From the NCBI RefSeq assembly GCF_963921235.1, contig NC_086108.1, positions 67,954,001 to 68,018,000 on the forward strand: 64,000 nucleotides of DNA, given 5' to 3'. This DNA comes from Mobula hypostoma (lineage: Eukaryota). Shown here in pieces: positions 12,363 through 24,380 of the stretch. The position numbers and the translations under genes are program-made. How positions within the stretch are numbered: position 1 is the first letter of the stretch; each line of letters opens with the position of its first letter. The notes beneath the pieces are model-generated. The model ran no database searches and was not told the DNA's origin. It was given only the letters and a program-made list of their open reading frames with translations.

Positions 12363-15124
12363 AGCTTATGTTTTATTGAAACATCAAAACTTAGATAAAA
12401 TCTACCATAAGAATTTGCACAACACATACTCTGTTATGCACTGTAATTCATCATCAATGACATTTCTGAAGTTTTATACATTTTGTTAATGTGACAAAAT
12501 CTGAAGTTTAGCAAATCCATATCATGCCTCTAAGCTGGTAAAAGTTAATACCATCTCCTCTAATAGAATACATAATTACAGTTAAAGAGAGTAAGACTCC
12601 ACAAGAAGCAGACTAATGGTGTAGTCCTTACTGCGAGTGGGAGAAGTTAATTAAATAATGCTTGTGTAAGGGAAAGTTCAAAAGTGAAGTATTAAGTTAA
12701 AGACTCAGAGTTTGGTGATGGGGGGTGGTGTTAGACATATGGGTAAGTATGGAATGATGGCAGAAGCATGATTAAGCCAGCAAGTTTAATAACGATGTCA
12801 TGGTTGGTTCTCAATGTTCGGGGATTGGAAAAGTTAAGACTGAGGGGATGGTTAACACATGGAGGAGGAAGGAAATGGGGCAGAGATGGAGTCAAAGGAA
12901 AAGGAATGGAGGAGAAAGGTCAGAAAAGGTATTGCAATCCAGGAGCTAGTTATTGAAATTTGTCATCAGAAAGGTAGGTAAAACGTTGTCTGCTGCAGAC
13001 CCCACTGCTGCAGAGAATAAAATGGAACTGTAGATGCTGATATCTTTGAGATAAAAAGATGCCCTTGTGTTGCAGAGAGAGGCCAAGAACATGATGTGCT
13101 GATTTATGGCAAAAAGCATGAATGTTAGGATACAATGAGAACATTGTCTCAAGAAAGATTGGCTAGTTTGAACTTCCATGTAGCATTGCAAATCTCAGGG
13201 CATCATTTTTTCAGGGAATCTTTCTTCTGTGCCAGCAGATCAAATGCAAGTTGATGAAAGCATATTTTTTGCACTTGATAAATACCTATTTGCATTGATG
13301 GTCATGAGAGTGCCAGATATTGGATGGAGAATGAAGCCACAAAGGCAAATGCAAATCTCCACTCGCTGCTGAAGTCTGCACAATTCCAAGCTCTTGAAGC
13401 ATCATTTTTGCTCCTGACTTTTTTTCAGTGATGTTCATGAAAGAATCTGAGGCAAAAAGTCAGATGGCTGCTGTGACTCAAACAGCTTCCAAGTCTTTAA
13501 AGCTACCATATTCCATAAGTAATAATCCTTTTCTGACAAACTGGATTCACCACAAACATGATGGCCTCAGGCTGCAGAAGTACTGTCCTTCAGAGAGATC
13601 ATAAAGTTCCACCATATCCTGCTGCTAGATTGTACTCCCACTTCAATACCTCCCATTTTATTTTTAATACCCTCCTGGCCCTAACTCACCTGCTTTGGGC
13701 ACTAAACACTTTCATCATTTTGTGTTTGTTCAGTACAAAAGCTAGACATTTGCAATTGGTTTAAATTAAGAACATAAATGAAAAAATACAGAAAAAAAGG
13801 TGGAATGATCAAATTATTGATGCAAAGATTTCAAAGGCAAGCATTCACTGTGGAAGATTCAGCTCAAATATACAAAGCTATTTTTCAGAAATCTTTCAAT
13901 CTGAGCTACAGTTCCAAGTTTACAAACTTTGAATGGTCAGTTTAAAGTATAGAAATTGTGTTATTTTCATTAAAATTCTATTCAGGTTCCTTATATACAA
14001 ATACTATTGCAACTTTAGAAAATCAAATCCACCCTTAATACATGTGTATCAGCAAATGCTTATCTGACTCCACTTAAATATTATTGTTCAAAGGTGTTCA
14101 AAACAAATAAAAAGATATGGTTTAAGTACAAAGATGCAAGAAATTTAGAACAGGGAATAATGGAATGGGCAATTGACCAGCAATCTACCCTTTGGATTCA
14201 CTGCCACAAAACAGAATTTTATTTTTTTTCAATATGGGATTCAGAGGGTTTCTGTCGAGTATTAAATAATTGATTTGCTTGCATGGATCAGAAGCAGAAG
14301 TCTAAGTCTAAATTAGATCCAGTTCAATATTACAGACAAGCTGCAAACATCCTGTCACAGCCCAGAGGCAGGATGTGATTGCAGGATTAAATTCGGTCAC
14401 TTGTCCCTCAGGATAGTGGTTTTCATGCAAGTCTTGTGGGGGAAGGGAGGAGACCAAGAAGAGAGGAAGGATGGCAAATGAAAACTATAGCACTTTTGTT
14501 TGGTTGCACACAAAGATGAATATGGAACAAACTTTTCCATTCCTAGAAGGCCAAGGAATGGCTTTTTGACATTCCAAAAGTAAGTTTGAGATGTCCCCTT
14601 TCAGCTGATGATGCTCAACAATCCCATTCCTGAATCCATTGAAGTGAATAATTGGCATGTCTCATTCAGAAGCACTAGCATTTACAAGCAAACGCATGCA
14701 GTAGGAATCAGGTTTATGGCATAATTGTAACTTGTCCTGCAGTCTGCTGTAAGAATAGAGTGGCTGATGAGAGATCAAAGATCTTCCTGAAACTTGTGGA
14801 GTCCTAAACTAGAGATATAAATTAGAGATATGTGCCCCTGATGGCACATTGATTCAATATTGCCAAAGTCAAACCTGGCATCCTAAATCAAAAGGGAATG
14901 ATTCTTCAGAGCTAGTGAAACAGGCTCTCAACTGCAGGTAAGTAGAACATTGAAAATACGAGCCTGTTTAGGTCACTTAGAAAGAGTTACTGACTCTCTG
15001 GTGACCACAAATTCTTCCAAAGTATTTTAAAATTCCAATATTTATCAGGAAATTTGGTACAGTCTTTTACTTCACATAAAATAAAACAGCGAAGTACATA
15101 ATCAATAATGTAGGTACAGAAAAA

Positions 15125-15612
15125 ATGGCATTGGTGAGAATGTCCTGATCACCATCTAGTACAGGAATTTCAAGGCACCTGACCACAAGATCCTGCAATG
15201 GATTACGAGGACTGCTGAGAGAATTATCTAGGTCTCTCCTCCCTCACCATTCAGGACGTGTACCAGAAGGGCTGCGTTCACGGAGCTCTCAGTCTTGTTA
15301 AGGACTCTTCTCATCCATCCCACAATCTCATTGACTTCCTGCAGTCAGGCAGAAGGTACCACAGCATACGAGCAAGGACCGTTCAGCTTCTTCCCCCAGG
15401 CTGATAGACTTTTGAACACCCTGCTAGCAGACAGTCACATTATGACAATGCCAGTTGCATTATATTGTTGTATACTGAACTCTGTCATATATGAAATTCA
15501 TGTCAACACATTTTTTTCTTTTTATTTTATTAACTGTTTATATTATTGTTAATGGTATTTTATGAAATATGTACTGTGTTTTGCACTTTGGTCCCAAAGA
15601 AATGTTGTTTCC
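15125..15612 (+). mobile_element. Rex1/Babar-type LINE 3' fragment
   Basis: ILQWITRTAERII..., DSSHPSHNL.., SFFPQADRLLNT; tail shared with 10690-10870. Confidence 0.75.
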
Positions 15613-15699
15613 TGACCTGCAAAGTTCCTCCAGCATTTTGTGTGAATTGTTTCTTTTAGCTCTATGCAAGGTACATTTGAATGACAACAGGTATAGATC

Positions 15700-16065
15700 T
15701 AGGTGTGTGGTGGAAAGTATATTGACTGGTTGCATCACAGCCTGGTATGGAAACACTAATGCCCTTGAATGGAAAATCCTACAAAAAGTAATGGATAGGG
15801 CCCAGTCCATCATGGTCCTCCCAACTATTGAGCACATGTAAAATGAGTGTTGTCGTGGGAAAGCAGCTTCCATCATCAGGGACCCCCACCACCCAGGTCA
15901 TGATCGCTTCTCACTGCTGCCATTAGGAAGAAGGTGCAGGAGCCTCAGGACTCTCACCACCAGGTTCAGGAACAGTTATTATCCTCGACCATCAGGCTCT
16001 TGAACCAGTGAGGATAGCTTCACTGAATTTCACATGCCCCATCCCTGAACTGTTCCCACCAACCT
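15700..16065 (+). mobile_element. Rex1/Babar-type LINE C-terminal fragment
   Basis: RCVVESILTGCITAWYGN..ILQKVMDRAQSI..LPTIEH, then SIIRDPHHPGH..FSLLPLGRR. Confidence 0.85.
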
Positions 16066-17671
16066 ACTTTTCCCCACTGCCATGCATTGTGCAAGTTACT
16101 TCAAGAATATCGTGATCCTGCTCAACCTAACCAAAAACCTATTAACCATTAACTTATTAATGGGAAGTGACAACACAATTATACTAGCATTGGAAGCGAG
16201 ATGAGTACACCAACTACAACAATAAAGGAACAGAATAAGGTGAACACTCGACCCATGCCTCTGTCAGCAGGACTTCAGGATCCACTAACTGAGGCCTAGT
16301 CATTCTCTGCCAGAATGTTCTATTTTACAAAGTGGCACAAAATTGAAAAATCCCACAAAGCCATAGATTGTAAGCAACAGGAAATGCTTGGTGATGTGGG
16401 AATTGCGGGGGAGGGGGGAATTGGTGGTAGCAATGGGGGAGGACAAATATATGTAGATAGAGCAGTTTGGTCATTATAGGTAAAACTATCATAGCATTGA
16501 TTGATTCTCCAATCTTCAACTATTTCTGAGCACTCAATTCAATTACCATGCTTTTTCTATGTAGCAAGCATAGCATTCAGCCCCATCAATATAGCTGAAT
16601 TTTACATTTAATCATCTTGTGCAGGATTGCTTTTTTTTGATTTTCAAGTTGACTAATAGTTAATTGAAAGACAGCATATTTCTGGCATGTATTGATTATA
16701 CTGTGAAAGTACTTGCAGTTTGTATGTTGTAATCTGAGAAACAAAGAGATATGCATTAATTCAGCAGTGACATTTCAGACCATAATATAACATAGTTTCA
16801 CTAAGCCTTAACAAATCTTAGTACTACAATGACTTGTCCATCAATAATATTGAATTTCTAACTTGAATTTTAAAAAATAATTTAATATGGAGGCACCGCA
16901 AAGTCAAGATGGCGCTGAACAGCGACTCTTTTGCTTGCATCTTCGGAAACAGCACTGTTTCTATCTTTGATAATTTTCTCCCCCTTTTCAAGCTTCTTTT
17001 GAAGACTCTGACCTGGAGTTACATTCTGACTTTGGTTCTTTGCGGGAATGGGACCCGCTGTCAGGGTCTCACGACTGGCCGCTTTTTGATATACCAAGGA
17101 CGGGGCCTGGAAGGCAAAATCAGGGCTCCGGATTTTCACAGCTCTGGAGGCGTGCTGATTCTAGACTGGTGCCCCTGACTGAAGTGTCACAGGAAAACAC
17201 GGAACATCGGGAGCAACGGGTTAGCTGCTGGGGCTCATGTGTCCAGAGAGCTCGGGAAAAGTGACACAACAGACTTCTAACATCGTAAATCAGTGAGTTG
17301 TTTGTTATGTCTCCCCTCTCGCTGTGAAATGGGGTCACCTCTTTTTCCCTTATTAGGGAAAGAGAGAGCCTGTGGTATATCGAATTACTGGGTGAACGTG
17401 TAGTTTTTGGGGTATTGCAAGCCTGTGTCTTTATTGATGCTTTGCTGCAGGCTTGAGTGCTTGGTGGACGGTGCTGTTGCTTTTTTGCTGGTGGGGGCAG
17501 GGGGGAGTGGTCATTGCCTTGCTGCTGCTTATGCATGGGAGGGGGAGCTGGGGGGACCTAGGGGTTCTAACGTTTAACTGTCATACATCCTTTGGGGCAC
17601 TCCTCTGTTTTTCTGGATGTTTATGAAGAAAAGGAATTTTAGGATATACAGTTGAAGTCAGAAGTTTACAT

Positions 17672-18177
17672 TGAATTGAACTGAATGATCTTTATTGTCA
17701 TTATACATAGGTACAATGAAACTCTGTTTGGCTTCCTCTCAGGCAATTAAATAAAGCAGTAAATAAAAACAAGACAGTAATAGAAAAACAGTATTAAATA
17801 GATAAATAGCAGAAAATAAGTTGCAGCATCACCGGAATATCACAGTAATGCACAAAGTGCCGTTAGTGCAAGTATTTGAGTCCTTGTGTGTTCATGTGTG
17901 TGCTCACAGTTCCAGTCATTGTTCTGTGGGAGTGGTGTGATGGAGGCCACAGCTCTGGGATAGAAGCTGTTCCTCAGTCTATTTGTTCTGGATTTTAGTG
18001 TCCTGAACCTTTTGCTGGACGGCAGCGGGTCAAACAGGGAGTGGCCGGGGTGTGTGGTGTCTCCGATTATGCTGATTGCTTTCCTCTTGAGTCTGCTGGA
18101 ATAGATGGTGCCCAGTCCAGGGAGCTCCATCCTGACAATTCACTGGGCCGCCTTCACCACGTGATGCAGGTCTTGTC
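17672..18177 (-). mobile_element. Rex1/Babar-type LINE 3' fragment inserted in the Tc1 outer DR
   Basis: ORF 17840-18130 ELPGLGTIYSSRLKRKAISIIGDTTHPGHSLFDPLPSSKRFRTLKSRTNRLRNSFYPRAV; tail (TTCAA/TTCAG)n at 17672-17686. Confidence 0.88.
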
Positions 18178-18370
18178 GCCAAATACACTAAAACTCAGTT
18201 TTTCACAATTCCTGATATTTAATCCTAGAAAACATTCCCTGTCTTAGGTCAGTTAGGATCACTACTTTATTTTAAGAATGTGAAATGTCAGAATAATAAT
18301 AGAATGATTTATTTCAGCTTTTATTTCTTTCATCACTTTCCCAGCGTGTCAGAAGTTTACATACACTTTG

Positions 18371-19313
18371 TTAGTATCTGGTAGAATTGCTTTTAAATTA
18401 TTTAACTTGGGTCAACTGTTTGAGGTAGCCTCCCACAAGCTTCTCACAATAAGTTGCTGGAATTTTGTTCCATTCCTCCAGACAGAACTGGTGTAACTAA
18501 GTCAGAATTGTAGGCCTCCTTGCTCGCTTTTTCAGTTCTGCCCACAGGCCAGGGCTTTGTGATGGCCACTCCAATACTTCGATTTTGTTGTCCTTAAGCA
18601 ATTTTGCTACAACTTTCGAGGTATACTTGGGGTCATTGTCCATTTGGAAGACCCATTTGCGACCGAGCTTTAACTTCCTGGCTGATGTCCTGAGATGTTG
18701 CTTCAATATATCTAGATAATTTTCCTTCCTCTTGATGCCATCTATTTTGTGAAGTGCACGAGTCCCTCCTGCAGCAAAGCACCCCCACAACATGATGCTG
18801 CCACCCCCATGCTTCATGGTTGGGATGGTGTTCTTCAGCTTGCAAGCCTCACCCTTTTTCCTCCAAACATAACGAAGGTCATTATGGCCAAACAGTTCAA
18901 TTTTTGTTTCATCAGACCAGAGGACACTTCTCTAAAAAGTAAGATCTTTGTCCCCATGTGCACTTGCAAACTGTAGTCTGGCTTTTTTATGGCAGTTTTG
19001 GAGCAGTGGCTTCTTCCTTGCTGAGCAGCCTTTCAGGTTATGTCGATATAGGACTCGTTTTACTGTGGATATAGATATTTGTCTGCCTGTTTCCTCCAGC
19101 ATCTTCACAAGGTCCTTTGCTGTTGTTCTGGGATTGATTTGCACTTATTGCGCCAAAGTACGTTCATCTCTAGGAGACAGAATGCGTCTCCTTCCTGAGC
19201 GGTATGACAGCTGCGTGGTCCCATGGTGTTTATACTTGCGTATTATTGATTGTACAGATGAACGTGGTACCTTCAGGCATTTGGAAATTGCTTCCAAGGA
19301 TGAACCAGACTTG
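18371..19313 (-). pseudogene. Tc1/Sleeping Beauty-like DD34E transposase, inactivated
   Basis: KSGSSLEAISKCLKVPRSSVQ..GRRRILSPRDER, INPRTTAKDL, ARKKPLL, WSDETKIELFG, KHGGGSIMLWGCF, FQMDNDPKYTS, WPSQSP. In-frame stops; N-terminus missing; DLNPIEN (catalytic E) deleted. Confidence 0.95.
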
Positions 19314-19322
19314 ACATCATTT

Positions 19323-19530
19323 TCTGACCTCAATCTGATAAAAAAAATTGTGGGCAGAACTGAAAAAGCATGTGCGAGCTAGGAGGCCTACAAACCTGAC
19401 TCAGTTGCAGCAGTTTTGTCTGGAGGAATGGAACAAAATTCCAGCAACTTACTGTGAGAAGCTTATGGAAGGCTATCCAAAACATTTGACCCAAGTTAAA
19501 CAACTTAAAGGCAATGCTACCAAATACTAA
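19323..19530 (+). pseudogene. Inverted second copy of the transposase C-terminus
   Basis: DLNLI..WAELKKHVRARRPTNLTQLQQFCLEEWNKIPATYCEKLMEGYPKHLTQVKQLKGNATKY*, followed by a right IR/DR. Confidence 0.93.
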
Positions 19531-22500
19531 CAAAGTGTATGTAAACTTCTGACCCACTGGGAAAGTGATGAAAGAAATAAAAGCTGAAATAAATCATTCT
19601 CTCTACTATTATTCTGACATTTCACATTCTTAAAATAAAGTAGTGATCCTAACTGACCTAAGACAGGGAATGTTTTCTAGGATTAAATGTCAGGAATTGT
19701 GAAAAACTGAGTTTAAACGTATTTGGCTAAGGTGTATGTAAACTTCTGACTTCAACTGTATATTGTACACATTTCTCTAACATAAAATGTACCTATTGAA
19801 ACCTATTGAAATTACCGGTAACATGAAGTTGAATCCAATCATTGTGTATTTTATCAATGGAAACATTAATCTCATTTTAAACTAATTTTTCTTTCATGCA
19901 GAATAAGGAGCAAATTAATATAAGCATAGCATAGAACATCAAAGATGCCCACAGGTATCTGAAGAAACCTTTGCCATTACCTAATTAATCTTGTCATTAT
20001 TAGACGTACAGTATGTTCAAATTATTACTTTCCGTAGTTAAATTCAGATTAGTTTGTTCAGCAACAGAAAATAATGCAGGAAGATTGTTGCTTCCCTACT
20101 ACACGTTTCAGTACACACATACAGTACCTATCAATACTCAGCTTTCTAAAGTGAATCATGGAACTACTCTGACTGAATCCCATGTTTACAACTTTACCAA
20201 TTTTCATTTATCTTCCATTTGTGCTGGTGAATTCAATTTCTTCCTCGGATGGAGACTCACACAAATTGTTTTCTACATGAATATATCATTACCAGCCATA
20301 GACAATAGAAGTTCCTATATATATTTTTTACAAATGCTGAGAAGACTCAAACCATGCTGATAAAAGGGCAAATGCAGCACACTTAAATGTTGTTTACAAA
20401 TGAAAAGTTAAAGTAATAGGAATTCTTCAACAGAGGTTTACTTAATAAAACATCACACACGGTCTGTAAAACACAGCACATAATTTTACAAATGCTAGAA
20501 TTCTACCATTATCTCAAAGACTACACTTACAAATTAGGGGAGCACCTTAATGATCTAATGGGACTTTCAGGAAAAAAAATAAATGAGTGATATACGGCTT
20601 TAATTTTCTGAAGAGAGTTATTAAGGTAGTTCAAATACCATATTTACTATTTTAGGGAAGGCAGAACATGCGCTGTGCATAGAATCAGAATTAGAATGAA
20701 CACCTCGAATAGTCCTCAAAGAGTTTGCTGGCAGACAATTAAAGACCTCAAAACATTTGGAAACATTTTTATTTCACCAGAAGCAGTGTCTATATTCATA
20801 AAAATCTGGATCCTCAAAATCACTGCAGAATGTTATCAAATTGCCTCAATTATCCCTGTAACTGGCTTTACAACAATTCTTTATACTTCCAAACAGCTCC
20901 CCATCATACTTAATAAGTATCAGTTAAACCTTAAATAAGGACAGTGGACGTTCTGTAGAATTTACAAAACAAAAACATAAATTATTTCCTTTCAAATTCT
21001 TTGTACCTCGAAGATACAGTTTGGAAAGATGTCATATGGGTATCATATGCACTCATAAGCAATAAGGAAATTGTAAAAAATGGAGAAAAATTAAGGTGGG
21101 AGATAAAATGAGAGTCTGAAGATTCTCTGGGGAGTCAAAACAGCATACAGAAACCTTCCACTGATTTTCAAATAATGATATTGCATCTATATTTCCATAT
21201 TATCCTCAGGTGCAGTCATTTGATCATAGTGGACACAACCGCCCTTCCCTCCTTTACAGTTAAATCTCAATAAGTCCTGTTTTCTTCAGAAATGACCAAT
21301 ATTACTTTGGGCTCCTGTTTGTCTGCAGGCTTCAGTCTGATTGGAATTTAACTTATTGGTGCCTGAAGCTACACATAACATTCTCGGATAGGGTTATGCC
21401 TGATAAATGCCTGATAAGTATCTAGCATGTAGGCAAGCAATTCACATTGGTGGTAGCACAAACCAGAACAAAGGAAAAGTAAGCATGTTTTAAAGGAAAG
21501 GAAAATAGGTAGGTATATAAACAGGTTGTCAATTTGTTCTCACAAAAGAGACTTTCTGATATTCTGATATTTTTCCAGATAAACGGACGATACCTTCCGG
21601 CAGTCTGTAACAGTTCATTCTTTCCTGGTCTGTTCTTATAGCTTTAATGAAGCTCAGTAAAACTGCTCCAAGCCTTCGTTTAATATGAGATGTTGCAGGA
21701 AATCACGTTTCACCTTACTTTAATACAGCACTTTCAACGTACTAAAAAATCATGTCTTATTCTTATGTAAAACTTGACACTATTCTACATATTAATCAAA
21801 CTGGCTAAAAAGTAAGCGATAGGAAAATATCATGTCGGTGAGGTCATGGGAGGGAATTACAAAGATAAGGCCCTGGAAGTTGAAGGAACTTCAGTTGATT
21901 CTGCAGTGAATAAAATTAAGGATGTTCAAGAGGCCGAAATCAGGAGAACAAACATATATTGAATGTTTGTAGAGATGGATTTGATTATAAAAAAACAATG
22001 GCCAAGTTCATGGAGAGACTTGAAAATTAGAATGAACATAGGTCAGCAGTATAAAGGGTAAATAGGACATCAAAACAAAGGATGAATTCAAGTATACTGT
22101 GAATAGATTAAAATAAACTGGCTGTCAAGACATAACAAAATATAGATGAAGCTCAAAGCAGATAGATTAAAGAATGAGAAGAGCTGGGTGGTGTTTTTGA
22201 AGCTTAAGGAGGCAATGTGTAGATTATTAGTTGTGACTAAGACACCAATGCTATTCAGCTTCAGACATCTGCCAGAGAGAGTGGAGAGTGATGGAATCAA
22301 TAGCTGAGTCACAAGGTTTCAACCTTTCCAACACATAGTAGGAAGAAATTTCTGCTTGTTAGATAAGCACTCTAAAATTTAGAGACAGTGAAGAGCTTGA
22401 GATAAGTGGATGAATGTTGCAAGTGGCAAATGAAGCACTAAAATAACAATCATTCAAAAGTGCTAACATGGATTTAAAAAAAACTAAATCAGATCACAGA

Positions 22501-23667
22501 CACAATATTTCTGTGTACTTGCAAACCAATGAAAAAATGTTAATAAAAACCAGGCAGTTATCACACTTATTGTGAAATTCATGGTGTTCATTGCAGGTGC
22601 GTCCGTGCATCTGACACAAAAGATGGATAGACATGTGCATCGGCATTGAACAAAGTGCAAGGCATGTTAAGAAGCCAAATTCAGGATCTCCATTTACGAA
22701 TGGACTGCATAATCCATAAGCACTCATGCAGAGGCAAATTTACAAAGTAACAATGAAGCCTGCATCAGGTCCCAGGCTGGCACTATAAATCTGACTAAAC
22801 TAAGTACCTTTCACTTAATTACTAGCTCTCTTTTGGGCCGCAACCTACAGGCTCAATACTGTATCCTGAATTCCAACATCTCTCAACAAATGCGTAACTG
22901 TCACCTGATCTTCTAACAACCCATTCCTGATCATCTCCAAAGAGGCCACATTGGACAGTACCCCATGTCCTTTATAGCAATCACCTCCCCACTCCCACCA
23001 ACCCCCAAGCTTCAACACTAAATCCATCTTAGAGAAAGCCAGATAAATTGCATTCTCCAGCTCATTGATTCCAGCTCTCAGTTCATTAGTCCTGCTCATG
23101 AATGATGAAAACATCTCTCCTGTGCAACTACCTCACTACCCCAAACAATGACCACATCCTCCCACTGAATGAAGAAACCCAAACTCTATCAATTGCAAAT
23201 AGCTGCAAATTCTGACTGGGCTAAACATTCATTTATTTAATTGGGATTATATTTTGTGGCTTTAAAGGAATACAATAAGAACCAGCACAAACAATACGCA
23301 CTAATTCTATATCATCAACATCAAGGTGCACAATAACATACTTCAAAGCACAAAACTATATATTTCATAATATACTCCTATATATTGTATTCTGGGAAGA
23401 CATACTGAAATACACGGAGTCACAGGGAATGAAATTCAGTGAAGATTGTCAAGTTTTATAATTTATAGAGGTTTATTAGGATCATGCTGAGGGATAAGAA
23501 GCTTACATCACATGGGGCATACAAGGAGATTGGCATTGCTCTCCATAGACCAAAAAAAATTAATGAGAGATTTGTCAGAGACATTATGTATGATTTTGAT
23601 AGATTAAATAAGGAGAAATAGTTCTGCCAGTGGAAGAAATATCAATTCAGAAAATACAGATGATTGA

Positions 23668-23830
23668 CAAAGTTCAAAGTAACTTTTATTATCAAAGTAC
23701 ATATATGTCACCCTATACAACCCTCAGATTCATTTCCTTGTGGGAATACTCAGCAAATCTATAGAATGTAACTATAACAGGATCAATGAAAGATGATCCA
23801 GAGTGCAGAAGACAACAAAGTGTGCAACAG
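23668..23830 (-). mobile_element. LINE 3' tail fragment
   Basis: TTTATTATCAAAGTACATATATGTCACC..ACAACCCTCAGATTCATTT is the reverse complement of the tail at 34600-34650. Confidence 0.75.
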
Positions 23831-23964
23831 CAAATGAACTGGTAATGGCATTTGTTTATGTCGTGGATTGTTGCCTGTATTGTAGTGACTGGCAAAGTAA
23901 TGGACAGTAAAGGTAAGCAAAAAGTTAGATTCACCACAGCAGAAAATACAAAAGCTTGAAAACT

Positions 23965-24380
23965 CACACCACCAGCCTCAAGGACAGCTTCTATCTGTGA
24001 TTATAAGGCTCTTGAACAGACCTCTTATACATTGAAGATGCACTCTACACCTAGCAATCTATTGTAGCAAGTCTCTTGCGCCTTATTGTCTAAACATACT
24101 GCACTTTCTCTATAACTGTTATTGCATCACTACACTCTGCATTCTGTTAACACACATCAAAGTTGCTGGTGAACACAGCAGGCCAGGCAGCATCTCTAGG
24201 AAGAGGTACATTTGACGTTTCGGGCCGTGACCCTTCGTCAGGACAGCATTCTGTTATTGCTTTCCCCTTGTACAACCCCATTGTACGTTGGGTTTGAAAT
24301 GATCTGTATGGATGGCTTGCAAAACTCAGTTTTTCACTGCATCTCTGTACATGTGATAATAATAAACCAATCCCAATTCC
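23965..24380 (+). mobile_element. Rex/Babar-type 3' end hosting a mini PLE insertion
   Basis: CACCAGCCTCAAGGACAGCTTCTAT..ATAAGGCTCTTGAAC...TTTTCACTGCATCTCTGTACATGTGATAATAATAAACCAAT. Confidence 0.7.
24150..24245 (-). mobile_element. 96-bp PLE-derived insertion with hammerhead core and 11-bp TSD
   Basis: GCATTCTGTTA duplicated at 24139-24149 and 24246-24256. Minus strand: TGTC-CTGACGA-A-GGGT-CACG-GCCC-GAAA-C-GTC. Confidence 0.9.

Larger units (their letters stand above)
17649..19758 (-). mobile_element. Sleeping Beauty-family (IR/DR) Tc1 transposon, rearranged with two right ends
   Basis: TA|CAGTTGAAGTCAGAAGTTTACAT ... ATGTAAACTTCTGACTTCAACTG|TA. Inner DRs at ~18348-18367 and ~19535-19553. 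Transposase text nearly colinear with recalled Sleeping Beauty. Confidence 0.95.
16889..19811 (+). mobile_element. Non-autonomous retroelement, apparently full length (16889-17648 plus 19761-19811), host of the Tc1 insertion
   Basis: 5' CAAGATGGCG at 16905-16914. The 3' half matches 3705-4083 and 41367-41650. It resumes after the Tc1 (TATTGTACACATTTCTCT) and ends ACCTATTGAAACCTATTGAAA. Confidence 0.75.

Noticed and set aside
17649..19758. Sleeping Beauty vector contamination or transgene
   Set aside because: Carries stops, deletions, a nested endogenous LINE and independently diverged arms, with no vector or cargo sequence.
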